From positions 496,001 through 560,000 of the forward strand of contig CBFFRP010000297.1 in assembly GCA_965644295.1 (NCBI GenBank): a stretch of DNA of 64,000 nucleotides, written 5' to 3'. The notes under the pieces were generated by a model. That model searched no databases. It was given only the letters and a program-made list of their open reading frames with translations, and was not told the DNA's origin. This document shows positions 1 through 13,278 of the stretch, piece after piece. The position numbers were made by a program, and so were the translations under genes. Within the stretch, counting starts at the first letter, position 1, and each line of letters opens with the position of its first letter. The stretch comes from Paraphysomonas bandaiensis (Eukaryota > Protista > Chrysophyceae).

Positions 1-2165
1 TTCCATGTAACGCAATTGTTAGTCCCTGTGAAACGACATGAATACCACCATCGTTCACAGTCAGTCCATTAGAGATTTTTAATCCACCAGAATTAATCGT
101 CGTCCCTCCTGTAACTTCAATTCCTTCGGACATTACAGAAAGCCCTCCAGTCAGCGTAAGTCCGTCGTCTGCAATAGATACACCCTCAGTTCTAACATAC
201 AGCCCACCGATATTCACCGTCGTTCCGCCCGTGACTGTAAGTCCGGCAGAGTTAACTGAAATGCCGCCTGTGGCTCTCATCCCGCCCGATTGCACAGTGA
301 TCCCAGCAGTTACCTTCACGCCAGCAGCGAGAACTGAAATTCCACCAAGGTCTACTTTCATTCCTCCTGCCATGACTGTGGCACCCCCTGCCGTAAGACG
401 AATTCCGCCAGCGGTCACATCCAGCCCATCTGTTTGGATGGTTACACCATTGGTAACATATATCCCTTCCGAGAGAACACTGAGACCAGCAGTTATTTTC
501 ATCCCTTGACTGTTGATCGTTATACCATCTGTTACAACCATTCCACCAGACATCACCGTCGACCCCCCGGTGATCGTAATGCCCTGACTCATCACGGACA
601 ATCCGGCGGAGAGCTTAAGCCCGCCGTCAACAGAAAGGCCTCCTTGTGCGATATTGAGGCCACCCTCGTACATATCCACGTTTCCACCGCCATCTAACTC
701 AAAAATAGTATCTAGGTCATCAGTTATCTTAACAAAATTAAAAGTGGACGATGCTGGATTAGATGAAGAAAGGTGAAGCACATTTCCAGCAAATGTCGAG
801 GATGTGGATTCAACGTATAAAATGTCGTACACATCTGAGTCGATAACTTGCAGGATACTATACGAGTCACAGTTGCTATTTTCAAAGTCTTGGAAGCAGC
901 TACATACACCGGTGTCAAAGTTACACAGTCCTCTATTACTGCAGTACGCGTATTCTGTTATGAAAAGAATTACCGAAGAGATAACTAAAATATCTAGCGC
1001 GCAGAGAACTTACCTGGTATTGACCCAACAGCCACATCCTGAAGAGTACAAGTGGGAGTGGTACCTGACGTTACCTTGTCCACATCACACTGAAAAGACG
1101 TCAGCGCCGGGTTGCCATCATGAGTGTATATATTATTCTCCCATGGTTGAAGGGGGAACGATCTCAGCTCTACAGTGTACAGAGCACCAGAGAAGGCATT
1201 TACAGCACCACGGGTGCAGGTAACATCTTTCACATTTTTCAATCCCTCGAATGCCGCTTCACAGTCCGCACCGGTAAAGGTATTTGCATCTGCGTCGAAG
1301 TAAAAATACTCTCCATTGAAAGTAAACTTAAACTCCCCATCGAGCGAACCCGCTGAGGCAGATGTTTCAAAGGTTATAGTACGGTAGTCAGTGAATACTG
1401 TAAATGGATCGTCACCCTTTGGACACATGCCTGCAGCACAGTAAGTTAGAAAGCATATCTAAAACTATTATAATATCTTACGCATCGAACAATCCTGTCC
1501 GGTGTAGCCTGTATATAAATGATCAGAAGCAAATACGATGTAAGATGTTAACTATTACCCATATCACATATGCACCCAGTGACCTGCTTGCCGTCCCAAG
1601 CATTGTATTCACCATCATTTCCAAGAGTATAGAAATCGTAAATACGCTCAATCGTTAAGCATGTGCCATGATCTCCACAATTCTGTCCACATGACACTAG
1701 TTTGGGGGGGTGAAACAAGATTGCAACACATTACGTAGGGCTCACTTACTTCTTTCACAAGCAGCACCTTCAAAACCTTCCATACATTTGCACCGCCCCT
1801 TCACAATAAAAGGTAAGAAAAAGGTTTCAAGATTTGTCGGAAATACCGTTTGTCTGTCACATATCCCTTGATTTGAGCACTCTGTTAACGCATGGCCTAC
1901 ATCCTCTGCACTTGCTTTGTCTGCCCACGCAAATCCAGAAGGGCAAAATTCTATCAAGGAGTGCTGTCAATAACAAAAACAATAGCAACATATTTCACTT
2001 ACGAAGTGAACAATCAGGGACGACATTGTAGGAGCTTTCACACGAGCAAGTATTATCAGAATTACAACTTCCATGCCCTCGACAAAGATTCGGACATGCT
2101 GCTTGTGTATTAACTAACAGAACCGCTAATGCGAACAACACAGGCAATGCGTTGCCGAGAGACAT
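1..2165 (-). CDS. Secreted EGF/tenascin-like repeat protein (mastigoneme-protein-like N-terminus) with long Gly-rich beta-repeat region; multi-exon, 3' end runs off the window
   Basis: ATG at 2165 gives signal peptide MSLGNALPVLFALAVLLVNTQAA, then [57 protein letters not shown] and YCSNRGLCNFDTGVCSCFQDFENSNC across GT-AG introns. The frame is open from ~955 to 1 with G-[LIM]-x-V-x-x-G-G repeats. Confidence 0.85.
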
Positions 2166-2772
2166 TTTATCCATATTTACTACCTACCTACCTACATGTC
2201 ATCTACACTGTGACAGTTGTTTATATGTCAACTCTAACTCTATGCTGAGTTCATGTCTGTGTACTGTATGCAAAGAGCATGCAAACCACACCATATCCAT
2301 CTCTAAAAAAAAGTCCGTTTTACGCCTGTTGCCATATGAACTTCTCACTTCTCTTTGTATTGTATGGTAGGGCAGGGTATGTATGCATCGTATTCTAGCG
2401 AAGATGTGGTTCAAACGTACTACGATATTGTACTGTAGCAGAGGATGTGGATATTCAAATATACACTGCTGCTCCTGCTGTCGAAGCAACCAGTCCTGTT
2501 TCTAGTACTGCTGCTGGTGCTTTCACCCATCAAACTGAAAATCATGATTATTTCTTGCAGTTTCATCTCTATATACATATATATGTGTATATATGCGTCC
2601 TGTTGATGTGATATGAAATGGACGCATACTGAATCTCGTTATGGAATAGTGTTGAACGTATGGGGTTTCATAATGGACTGAACCCTCCTTCTCCTCTGCT
2701 ATCCTCTGCCCTCAACTATGACTGTGACTCTGTGACTAATTGACAGTAGAGTAATCAGTGTGGTTGTGAGGA

Positions 2773-5700
2773 ATGGCCCTCAGAGACTCATCTTCTTTGG
2801 CTGCATCCAGCGTTACTAGTAAAAAGTCCTCTTCTCGTAGGCGCCCACAGCAGTTCGTTGCGTTGATAAAGTATGAGTACGACATTGATAAGATTGAGTT
2901 CCCTGTGCAGTTCCTTTATAAGGACTTTCTCTGTTGTTTTCCTTCACAGAATTTGGATTTTTCGAAATGGACTATCCCGAAGCATGTGTTTGATTTAATG
3001 GCCAAGGAGTTTATGTCCACTTCGAAGCTGTGTCTGAACTATGCCATTGGTTTCAACTTGTCGCGCATGCAGTCCATAAAGTACTTGTGCGCACTGGATG
3101 TCCTTCATTTGAGAGGCGCTATAGTCGTCGACGTAGAGGTAGCGAAGATCATTGGTTCGTGGTCACGTATCCGTGAGTTGGATTTTAGTGAATGTAAAAT
3201 TGAACAAAACGCATTCTATACCCTACTTCCACGAATGAATTGTTTGGAAACACTTTTCTGTGTGAATTGTAGTGGACTGGACGATTTCTCAATGCAAGCG
3301 ATATCGGACTGTATATCAAAGTACAGAAAACTTAGTCGATTATATTTATCCATTAACCATGATTTTTCTGATGAAGGGGTTCTTGCCGTTCTCAGTGTCG
3401 GTATGAATTTACTTAGAGATGTCGATATTTCTGGTAGTTCTAGCATAACGAGCCTGTCCATAGCTGCCCTCAGGAAGCGTATGACAGTATTGTCTCGTCT
3501 CAACATTAGCAATATCAGACACATTGGTCAGTCAGCATTTGAGTGGGTAGCAGAAGGATGTATTTTTCTCAAAGAGCTGAATGTCAGTAAAAGTGCCAAA
3601 TTTGACAATACGGCTTTGATGGCTATTGGTCGAAGTTGTCGGCATTTACAGCATTTGATCCTGCCCAACTGCCACAATATATCCGACGATGGTGTTGTGG
3701 GATTTTGTGGTGAGTTTGAGGGGGTGCTGGAGAGTTTAGACTTAAGCGGGTGTGTCAAATGCGGCGGTCCAAGTGCATTAGCCCTTAGTGGAATTTCGTC
3801 TTCTCTGAAAAGCCTAAAATTGAACTGTTTGTCGCAAATAACTTCTGTTGGGATGATAGCACTCTGGCGTAGTATTTCGGCAGTGGAAGAATTTGAAATG
3901 TCTGCCGACTTGAGAAGGTAATGTAGCTATATTTTCTTTCCTGTGTCTAACTTTGCTTTTCCAGCTCGGGAACTCATAGACGTAGTATGATTCCTCATAT
4001 ATCTGATGTGGTCATCAGGGAGAGTTGTATGAATACGCTACGGGCAATTCGCATCACTGGGGCGAGTCAAGTCACAGATGTGGGGGCGTGTCGTATTGTG
4101 TATTCGTGTCCACACCTAGAAGAAATGGATATTAGTTTCTGTAATAGTATTACGGACAAGTTTTTACACGCGCTGGGAAGCAATGCACTGAAGTTGAAAT
4201 CGCTAAATGTAGCCGGACTCGGATTTTTATCTGATGTTGGGATAGAGGCCCTGTGCACAGGTTGCAGACTACTGACGAAATTAAACACGAATGGATGCAG
4301 TAAACTCACTGATAGAAGTGCGGTGTCTATCTCAACTCTGAAATATATGGAGGCTCTCAACTTGAGTAGCTGTGATAATATATCTGATGAGGGCATTCGT
4401 GCTATAGCCTCTGGCTGCAAAAAATTAAAGTATGTTGACTTAAGCAATCTGGATTTAGTTTCCAAATCATCTATTGGACTGCTGGCCAAAAACAATACTG
4501 GAATTGTGAAATTTAACTGCACGTCGTGTAATATACTTCCGATAGAGTTTCAAAAGTGCACAAAACACCTTCCTTACGCCCATCCTGCAGTATCTAAGTG
4601 TCGACTTGAACCGAGACATCGTTCTGTGATAGCATATAACACCTACGTTGACCGAGTCAACAACCGCTCTCGTCTTCTCGTCCTCATACAGAAGACTATA
4701 CGTGGATGGGTTAAGTGGAAACAGTATCGTGATTTGCTCAAGAAACGTGAATATTCTGCACTGAAGCTGCAATGTGTATATCGTGGGGCGAAAAGTAGGG
4801 AACGAACTACTGCAATGAAACAATTCAAGCGAAACCAGTACATACAGGCGAGAAAATTACAGCGAACGATGAAACGTTTGATGGCTGTGCGACTAGCACG
4901 CAGAAAAAGAATGGCTTTGCATAAGAGGTACAATGCCACGCGGTTGTTGCAGCGATGCGCGAGGGGATACAACACTCGGAAACGGCTTTATTACAGATTC
5001 AAGAAGAAGAAAGTGATTCGAACTAGGATATTTTATCTGGCACAAAAGCTTTTCATTTTACGTGAAGTGCGTGCGTTTCATATGAAAATTGTAAAAGCCC
5101 AGAGTGTTGCCAGGCAGTTTGTATATAGAATACGATATCAGATTCTTTGTACTGGATTTACCAAACTGCATATATTAGCGAAAGTCTTTTTATCTCTACG
5201 CAAGGTGATCAACAATCTGAGTGAAGAAATGATCATGAAGAGAGCAACCGAGGAATACGCAGCTCTCATAATATCTCGGTCCTGGCGGGCTATCAAGTTC
5301 AACGAAATGGTTGTATCTTTTACTCTGGAGTGTTGCATACACCGTCGTAATGAACTTGATATGGCCGAATGGGTAGAAGTGACGGAAAATGAAAGTGCTA
5401 CCAAAATTCAGGCCATGACAAGAGGGGTTATGTGCAGATACAAGTTGTTTCTGATACGACGGGCGGAGGAGCATGGCGCTTCTGCTGCTGTCGTTGCCCA
5501 GAAGTACATTCGGAGGTTTATTGCTCAGCGGAAATTCGTCAGATGGCGGGTATATATGAAACGGGTTTCGTCAATGTGGAGGAGACTTTATGCGGCTGTA
5601 ATGTCGTTTTTCTATTCCTCTCATGCTAGTATCATTCAGCGAGCATTCCGACAGCATATATTCCTTGTGAAACGTGAAAAGGCAGCTGCGTTAATTAATA

Positions 5701-7978
5701 GAGTATATCGTGGACATCGAGGTAGAAATGAACTGCGAGCAATCATATTAGATATACACAATGAGCTAGTTTCACGCATTCAACGATGCTGGAAAGAATA
5801 TCAACGGAGAAAATACGAGCACTTCGTGCGAGCCAGAAAACATATAGCAGCTCGTAGGATTCAGGTATGTGCCATGTAAAGCATATTGTGGCGTATATAA
5901 TATATGATTCAATAATTAGATTGCCGCACGTGCGCGCATTGCACATGTCGCCAGACAGCGGGTCGCAGCTAAAAAGAAAGCACGGGAGATTGAAAAGGAA
6001 TTACAATTGAAGGAGAAACTTCTCAATAGTAAACGAATGAAAGTCATTGAGAAAATTAGAAACACAACAAAGGTTCGAAGTGCTATGGCAATTCAACGGG
6101 TGTGGAGACATTATAAGAGTGAGAAAGATAAAAAACGAGCAGCACTAGAGGCCCGGCAAGGCATTATGAGCGGACTTGTGGAGGAGGTATGTTTTAAGAT
6201 TTGAAGCAAAGCATGAATAAGTGTGGTGGTGATGGCTCACAGAATGAAAGAAAGAAAGCAGCGGTGTTAAGACTGCCTAATCCCGTCGAAGCTGCGAAGA
6301 AGGCAACTGCGTCTATTAGACGTTTTATTGCTGAAGTCAATGTACGACCATAGTATGGTCTCTATCATTTGCTAATATATTCTGTGTTGTAGGAGGTAGT
6401 TGACGCGGAAAGACCGAAGTATACTTTGTCTGTATTGAAGTACCAAACTCAGTCCATTAAGCAAGGTATGCTCTTGTTACTATTTTCTTGTTCTTGGGAT
6501 AACGATGTTACAGCTGGTATCATTGATATTGCCTTGACTTTTGGAGAAGGGGAAAGAACTGCATTTGAGCAGCGACAATTTTTCCTAAAAAGCACACGGA
6601 GAAGATATTTTGAAATGGTATTGTGGCTGGTCACACTATTAATTGCGAAACTTTTGTTTTAACTTTAGAACAGATTGATGGTGACCTATCAGGGTATTTG
6701 AATTTAGACATGAATCTATGGGTCATGAAAGGGGCAGGCACGGAATGCATATGCAAAATTTTGGTAAAAAATAAGCCACCCAAAAGCTCTCTAGCAGCAA
6801 TTAGAAACCGAGTTGCGAATAAACGAATCGATGGGATAAACATAGCGTGGCACGAGAGCGTCCACATAGAATTGCACGGCATATGCTCGTTGAAGCGGGG
6901 TGAAAGTGGGTTTGCTATTGACGGGATTCGGATATGTCATAACATGGAGGTGGGTGACATTTGTCACTGGGTAATATTGCAATGGCCTTGTAATATACTG
7001 TTACAGTCTGCTCAAGAGGCAAAGAGAGATGGCTTTCATATATGTCAAGACATGGCAGAATTCAGTTTACCGACTTCTATATGGATCCATGGGAAAGAAG
7101 AACCTCCTGATGAAACCGTGTTCAAGTTGGATGAGATTGAAGGAGAGGTATGGTTCGATGATCGCTTACGGAAATCGTGTCAGGTATTTTTTTTTAAACC
7201 TGCGTTTTTATAATCGTATTCATGTATTCTGCGCATTCTTGCAGAAATTTAACCTACACCCCCCTGAAATTTGGCAAATGCGTTCTACGTTTGACTCTAT
7301 ACTTGGAGGGACCTATGATTTCACTGTCCGAGTTTCTGCGATGTGGACCTATTTCGTACGGCACCTCTATATCGACATCTATGAGTTACTGATATGCTTT
7401 GTTTTTTAGGATTACCCTATGATAACTATTTGCGGTTGGTTGGTTGCAGCAATTAACCCTAGAGAATTAACCGAGTTGACCTTCTCTGAATATGTTCATT
7501 TGATTTCTTATTTCTGTGTATTCGGGACGACTGAAAAAATTCGTTTCATTTTTGGCCACATGTGCACGAAATCTAATCAGACAATGAAGTGAGTCAGATG
7601 CTGGTTGATGCTGCATTTACATTAACGAGTGTTTATAGTGAAACTCAGTTTGACGAAACAGTGTTGATACTTACGGAAGGATTCTCTGGCCAAAAGAATA
7701 CCACAAGATGGCAGCGATCATTTCACAAGTATTGCAACCCCAAATTAAAGCTGATGTTTTTATCCCACTTTGAAAAGTTTATAAAGGAAAATTTGAGAAT
7801 TATGTGGGGACTGAATGAAATTCAGGTACTGATACAATATGTGAGTTCTAATGATTCTGAATGTAAAAATAATATACAGACAAAATTCATGAAGTATAAT
7901 ATTGGGCGCAACTATTGGGATTCCAAGAATGAAAAGTATCAGACCGTTAGGAAAGGCTTGGGGCTAACAGTTTCTTAA
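2773..7978 (+). CDS. Multi-exon protein: AMN1/FBXL-type leucine-rich repeats, many IQ calmodulin-binding motifs, C-terminal EF-hand-like region
   Basis: ORFs 2773-3921 and 3987-5879 are joined by intron 3918-3964. LRRs (LxxLDLSGC..ITD) are followed by IQxxxRGxxxR motifs. Further short GT-AG introns lead to stop TAA at 7976-7978. Confidence 0.85.
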
Positions 7979-8329
7979 GTAAGATATTGCATGACAATGC
8001 AAACTTGTGGGCTGTGATGTTAATAATTCACAGTGTATAGATCATGTGTGTTAATGTTTTCTATTTGTTGTAAAGTTATTAAAGAGTGGCCAGTACTAGC
8101 AACATGCTGTATATCAGAATATTCTTTTGACATATTTCAGTTATATCAGTCTTAGTCTACTAAAACGCAAGAGCATAAGGGCTTCCAATCGATGAGTTGC
8201 CATGGATTTGAGCAAATTACTCATGTTGATTTTTTGCCCTACTGAAAAGCTTTTCTACACTATTAGTAGATTAGTAGTGGGTAGTGGAGTAAATATGCTT
8301 CAAGCAGCGGTAATTAGTTGGGTTGATCA

Positions 8330-8575
8330 TAGCAACTTTTTCGAATTCTCTTAACTCCGCTCTATTTTAGCATGATGTGTCACTGCATTAGGGATTAATT
8401 CGTTGTCATCATCACCAAAATTGCACCTACCCAGGTCTCTTGCGAACTCCAAAACTCTTTGGAGCATGGTAAACATGGAACCTCATCGAGTGTCATTCCT
8501 CACAAGAGCCAATGACAGGTCATGTTTCCTCATGATGCTTGCATGTTTGAGAGTGCAGAGCTGTTTGTACATTTA
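8330..8575 (-). pseudogene. Degenerate hAT-like transposase fragment
   Basis: Translates MYKQLCTLKHASIMRKHDLSLALVRNDTR*GSMFTMLQRVLEF, resembling the hAT 'TRW(S/G)S..MLxR' motif with W mutated to TGA. Confidence 0.5.
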
Positions 8576-9799
8576 GGGAATGCTATCCACCAACTCAGGA
8601 TAATGCTCTCATAATACCATGTACAAACCGCTGCACGTCCGGTTCGTAGTGAACTTCAACCCTGCAATATCCTGTAAGGCAGGATCGGTAAGAGTATCAT
8701 TGCCAAACTACTTATAGATATCTTTACACTGAGCATTACATGTACCCTGAACTTAAGGTCGGGAGGAAGGAACACAAAGAAAGAAAAACAGTACATTTCA
8801 AAATGTAAAAAAATTATAATAAGAGGCCAGTCTTCCCACCATTATAATAGCCATTAAGGGAGAGATGGCCATCAAGGGCAATAAATGGCCATCGCTCTTA
8901 ATTCTTTCCAAGTTCTAATTCTAGTATATGTCCTTATATACCCAATAGTAAATAATTGCCAATTAGTTGTAATTTAATCGCAACACACCTTCCAGTGCAT
9001 CAATGATGCAAGTTGCAATTATTACGTATATTCCGTGCAATTCAGTTAATTGTTACGCAGCCCTGTTGAAAAGGCTCCTATAATATACTGCTACCACTGT
9101 TGAGTTCTGCAATATGATGTGATATATATTGTGCAATTGAAGTGAGTTAATAGTGTGCAATAGGTGAAGTCAACCCATAGGTGTAACGGGTGATTATAGG
9201 TACAAAGGAATTAAATTCAGTTACTGAAGTGTGACTATACAAGATATAGAACTGACTGATGAACATATGATACACAGATGTTGCTAAGAACAGATGTTCC
9301 AACATATGTTACACGAATATGTAGTGAAGTGTTCAGAATAATAATCATAATTTCTTACTTGAAAGTGCATTGTGTTTAACATAGCAAGATTTAGGTTTAC
9401 GTGTAGAGCAAAGTTAACTTCAGTGAAATGTCCAATTCTAACAACCACAATCATTGAACTATAAGTGGAATTTCGGATCAACACACACTAAAAGTCACTA
9501 AAACAAAACTAATAGACTAGCTCTCTCTTTGTTCCCTTCTTTCGTTTTCTTGTGACCACAAATATATAGACAGCTCAAATTTTAACCACCACGAAGTCAT
9601 ATTTCAAATAGCGCCGAGGCAGCACAGAAAATACACGTAGTCAATGCAGCATGAATAACCACGATGTTTTTACGAAAATACTTATTCTACCAGTTACAGA
9701 TCAAAAAACCACGATAAAAATACAAGATATCACATGCACTCTTAGCACATACTGCAACATGTACATGTACTTAAAATACGTAAAACAGTATTCTACGCG

Positions 9800-11526
9800 T
9801 TACCGCCCCAATCCATATGACGCATTCAATTCGTCGAGGAAACTCATGGAGTTCTGAACGCATGACCCCCCTAAGACAACTCTCATTGAAGGATTCGCTC
9901 TGTTAAAGTCTGCTACAGTAAGAGCCTCCTCGTAGGTTGCACCACCAACGATAAACACGATAACTTCTCCAGGACGACTACCTGATGCGGATGCGGGTGT
10001 AATCGCCGGAAATGCCGAGTCCTTTATCTTGCCCTTGCCGATGGAATCCAGAATACTCTGTAGCAGTGGAACATGTTGGGTATACACATTCTCCACTCCA
10101 TTCACAGTAGATGATATGGTTTTCCCAATCTTTCCCAAGATACCCCCTTGAGAAAAAAGGCCCGGGGCACGACGTGACTCTCCTGCATATTGTAACATAG
10201 CATCAAGCAGTGACACCCTGTCCACTCCATTATCTACCAACGCTGCCTTAATTTGTCCCAACTCCTCGTACTGCTCATAGCGAATAACGTAAAGAAGCGC
10301 TAAACGTAGCTTATCTGCCTTTTGCACGGCTGGAGAGGCAATTTTATCAAATAATTCATGCTTATGGGTGTTGTGGTCAGATGAGCACGAGATCTCTTGT
10401 TCGAGCGCAGAGATGTCAAGAAGATGACAGACATCTGTGAGACGAGCCAACTCACCCATCAAAGCTACATGTTTAGAGACATTAATCGCATGAGAACGAA
10501 ACGCTGGGTAGCGCTCCATGAACGCTTGCATGTCCTCTATTGACTGTATATTTTCGTTCATTTTGGCGTTTCGTTGGTATTCATCGAGCAGCTGCTTGAC
10601 AGCAGTACCTAGGTCTCCAAAGTTTGCAAATCGATGTTTCGCAAAGAATGGATCCTGAGTAGCGGAAATGACAACTTCCTCGAGGTCTTTGCGAATTCCC
10701 GGGGCCCCTCGTAGTATTACGCGGTTGTTGTTGAGGCCCAGGAGCTCATGAACCATCGCCTGGTAAGTCCACTGGGTAAGCAATGGGGTTATAGGATCAT
10801 CCCGCCTGTCTAATATAAGCAACATGGGACCTTCCTGTCGTCTGAAGTCAAACACATCATCCCTCTCAATTTCTGTCACTATTTCAGAGGCTACCCGACG
10901 GGCGACATCCGATGCAGCTTGGTAACGGATCTGTGACGGTCGACGGCGAAGGGCAAGGAGTACAGATAAAATGCCGTGAACATTTCTTTCAAATACTCTT
11001 CCTGCCTCTAACGACCGGCCAACAGATGATGACAGCATAACACTATTTCCCACACCAAGGTGGAAAAAATCATCGTTTATAGGTAAGAATTCAGCATAAT
11101 ACTCCTGCACCTGACGCACGACCTCATGCTCATCGGCACGGCCAATACGACTTAACATTTCTTGAGAAACAATATTCGAAAAAAATATATGGTATTCTGA
11201 AAACTGCGGGTCACGAATCTCTCTGCAGAGAGCATCAATATTGGACTCAGTGGGCTGCAGGTAGAGCGCTGCCTTTAAATGGTTCATTGCCTCATGGCGG
11301 TTACCCAGTACCTCTACAAGATACACTTCTTTCTCCAAAATCTGTGTCTGCGAGTACACCATGCTCACTACCTGTGTAGTGACGGGGTCTAGAATGAGTG
11401 CCTTCATACCTGATACACACACAGTCCATAAGACCCACACAACACACACACACAACACTCACCCGATATACTCTGATCCGATACGATCTTATCCACATAA
11501 AACCGAACCGCTGATATTACATCCAT
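9800..11526 (-). CDS. VPS45: Vacuolar protein sorting 45 (Sec1/Munc18 family); exons 11526-11463 and 11409-9800
   Basis: MDVISAVRFYVDKIVSDQSISG|MKALILD..SMVYSQTQILEKEVYL, DRRDDPITPLLTQWTYQAMVHELLG, ENVYTQH, VFIVGGATYEEA. A 53-nt intron (11410-11462) restores the canonical N-terminus. Confidence 0.95.
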
Positions 11527-11623
11527 CCGCTGAGTGCTGCTCCCTTTCATTTTATGTGAATGTCTGAAGTGCCCCACTCCTAAGTAAATGCACTCCTCGA
11601 TTGCACGATAGATACACACACAG

Positions 11624-11867
11624 TACATACATACATACATACATACATACATACATACATACATACATACATACATACATACATACATACATACATACAT
11701 ACATACCTACATACATACATACATACATACATACATACATACATACATACATACATACATACATACATACATACATACATACATACATACATACATACAT
11801 ACATACATACATACATACATACATACATACATACATACATACATACATACATACATACATACATACA

Positions 11868-11896
<29 letters not shown>
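11624..11896. repeat. (TACA)n tetranucleotide microsatellite, ~270 bp, upstream of VPS45
   Basis: Near-perfect ATAC repeat with a single variant (CTAC) near 11707. Confidence 0.98.
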
Positions 11897-11899
<3 letters not shown>

Positions 11900-13278
11900 C
11901 AACCAGGAGACTGACTGCTGATGTCGTGTACATTTGCTGTACTTTGGCATCTCCTCCCGAAACTCTTGGCCTCATTGATGTTTCTCGTCACTCATTGTCA
12001 GTAATAGAATGGTACATACATATATAACCTACCCAACCAACAATAAGAACGGGTGGATATAAGTGATTGTGATCGTGCCACCAAGATAATAGTGTGTACG
12101 GTGAGGGTAATACAGACAAGTAGGCCATTTAGCTTGTTATATCCTGGCGAGCCGATTCGATAGTAACCGGAAAAATGAATGGTGGACTACACCTCCGGAT
12201 CAGGTAAAATAGTCTGAGTCTGTATTCTGTAGAAACAGTGCCTAAAATATCGTATAATTGTATAATCGTCCTGTCGTTTAAACTGTTTATGTTAGCATGC
12301 ATTATGTAGGAGTATGTATTGGTGGATGTAATCAGCTTCTTCATAATTGTCATTGTTACGTGATAGACTAAACAATGATTGTTTGTTGTCGTATGTGACG
12401 TTGATAGAATTCACTTTAATAGTATGACACGAGAATCAAATTTAGTAATAATCCACTGCTACATGACTTGGAAGAAAATCAGTACACGAATTTATCAGTG
12501 TCTGGAAACAGTACATTGTAATGTCCTGTGGCAGTGGCTTCTGTTAGTGAATAATACAATATCTTTTGAGGCCTGTCAAACCTCCACACTCCATTCTTGC
12601 ATTACAGTAATGTATACAAGTAAAGCACACAATGAAAATAATAAGCAATGAAAATAATAAGACCACCACAACAACAAACTCATGTACTTGTAAGTATCTT
12701 AGCATGAGTTACAATAGTACGCCTCGAGTAGTCCCCGTTCGAATCAGAATCGCTGTTCTAGGGCACGCACATCTATAATCTAAATCACTTGTAATACGCT
12801 TGTATCCGACCACAGGTATCAATTATGATACCTATATCTAGTGTTTGTGGCTACATACTTTAATGCAAGTCCGAGAAGTTTTTGTCACAGTACTGAATCT
12901 CTGTTCGTAACTATGAAGTACCCACTTTATGATCAGTGCACACTTGTCTTTATTGATTCTTAAATGATGGTGCAAAAGAAATGAGTTAGTATCTGCTTGA
13001 TATTGTTCAATTCTTTTGTTGCATATCATTCCCAATCTTGTATTTTTCCTCTAATCAATTTCTTATCACGAAAACAAAAGGCGGCTGTCTTCAACAAAGC
13101 TTCCGACCCAAAAATAAATATTTACATTATGTTAAAAGTATTGTATAAACTATAAACGTATGTAAAATTTAGTAAGAGTTCGGCTAGAGTATGTCGCATC
13201 CATAGAGGTGTAACAGAAGTAACCAATGTTGAGTAAGTTGTCGATAACAATAAGTGATTCCTAGCAATCCTACTATTC

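Noticed and set aside
231-697. Plus-strand Pro/Thr-rich ORFs
   Set aside because: Antisense shadows of the Gly/Val-rich minus-strand exon.
9800-11458. ORF-track N-terminus MLCVCVVWVLW of VPS45 as a signal peptide
   Set aside because: It is intron sequence; the true first exon is 11526-11463.
11552-11991. MYVC/TYIH repeat ORFs
   Set aside because: Translation artefacts of the (TACA)n microsatellite.
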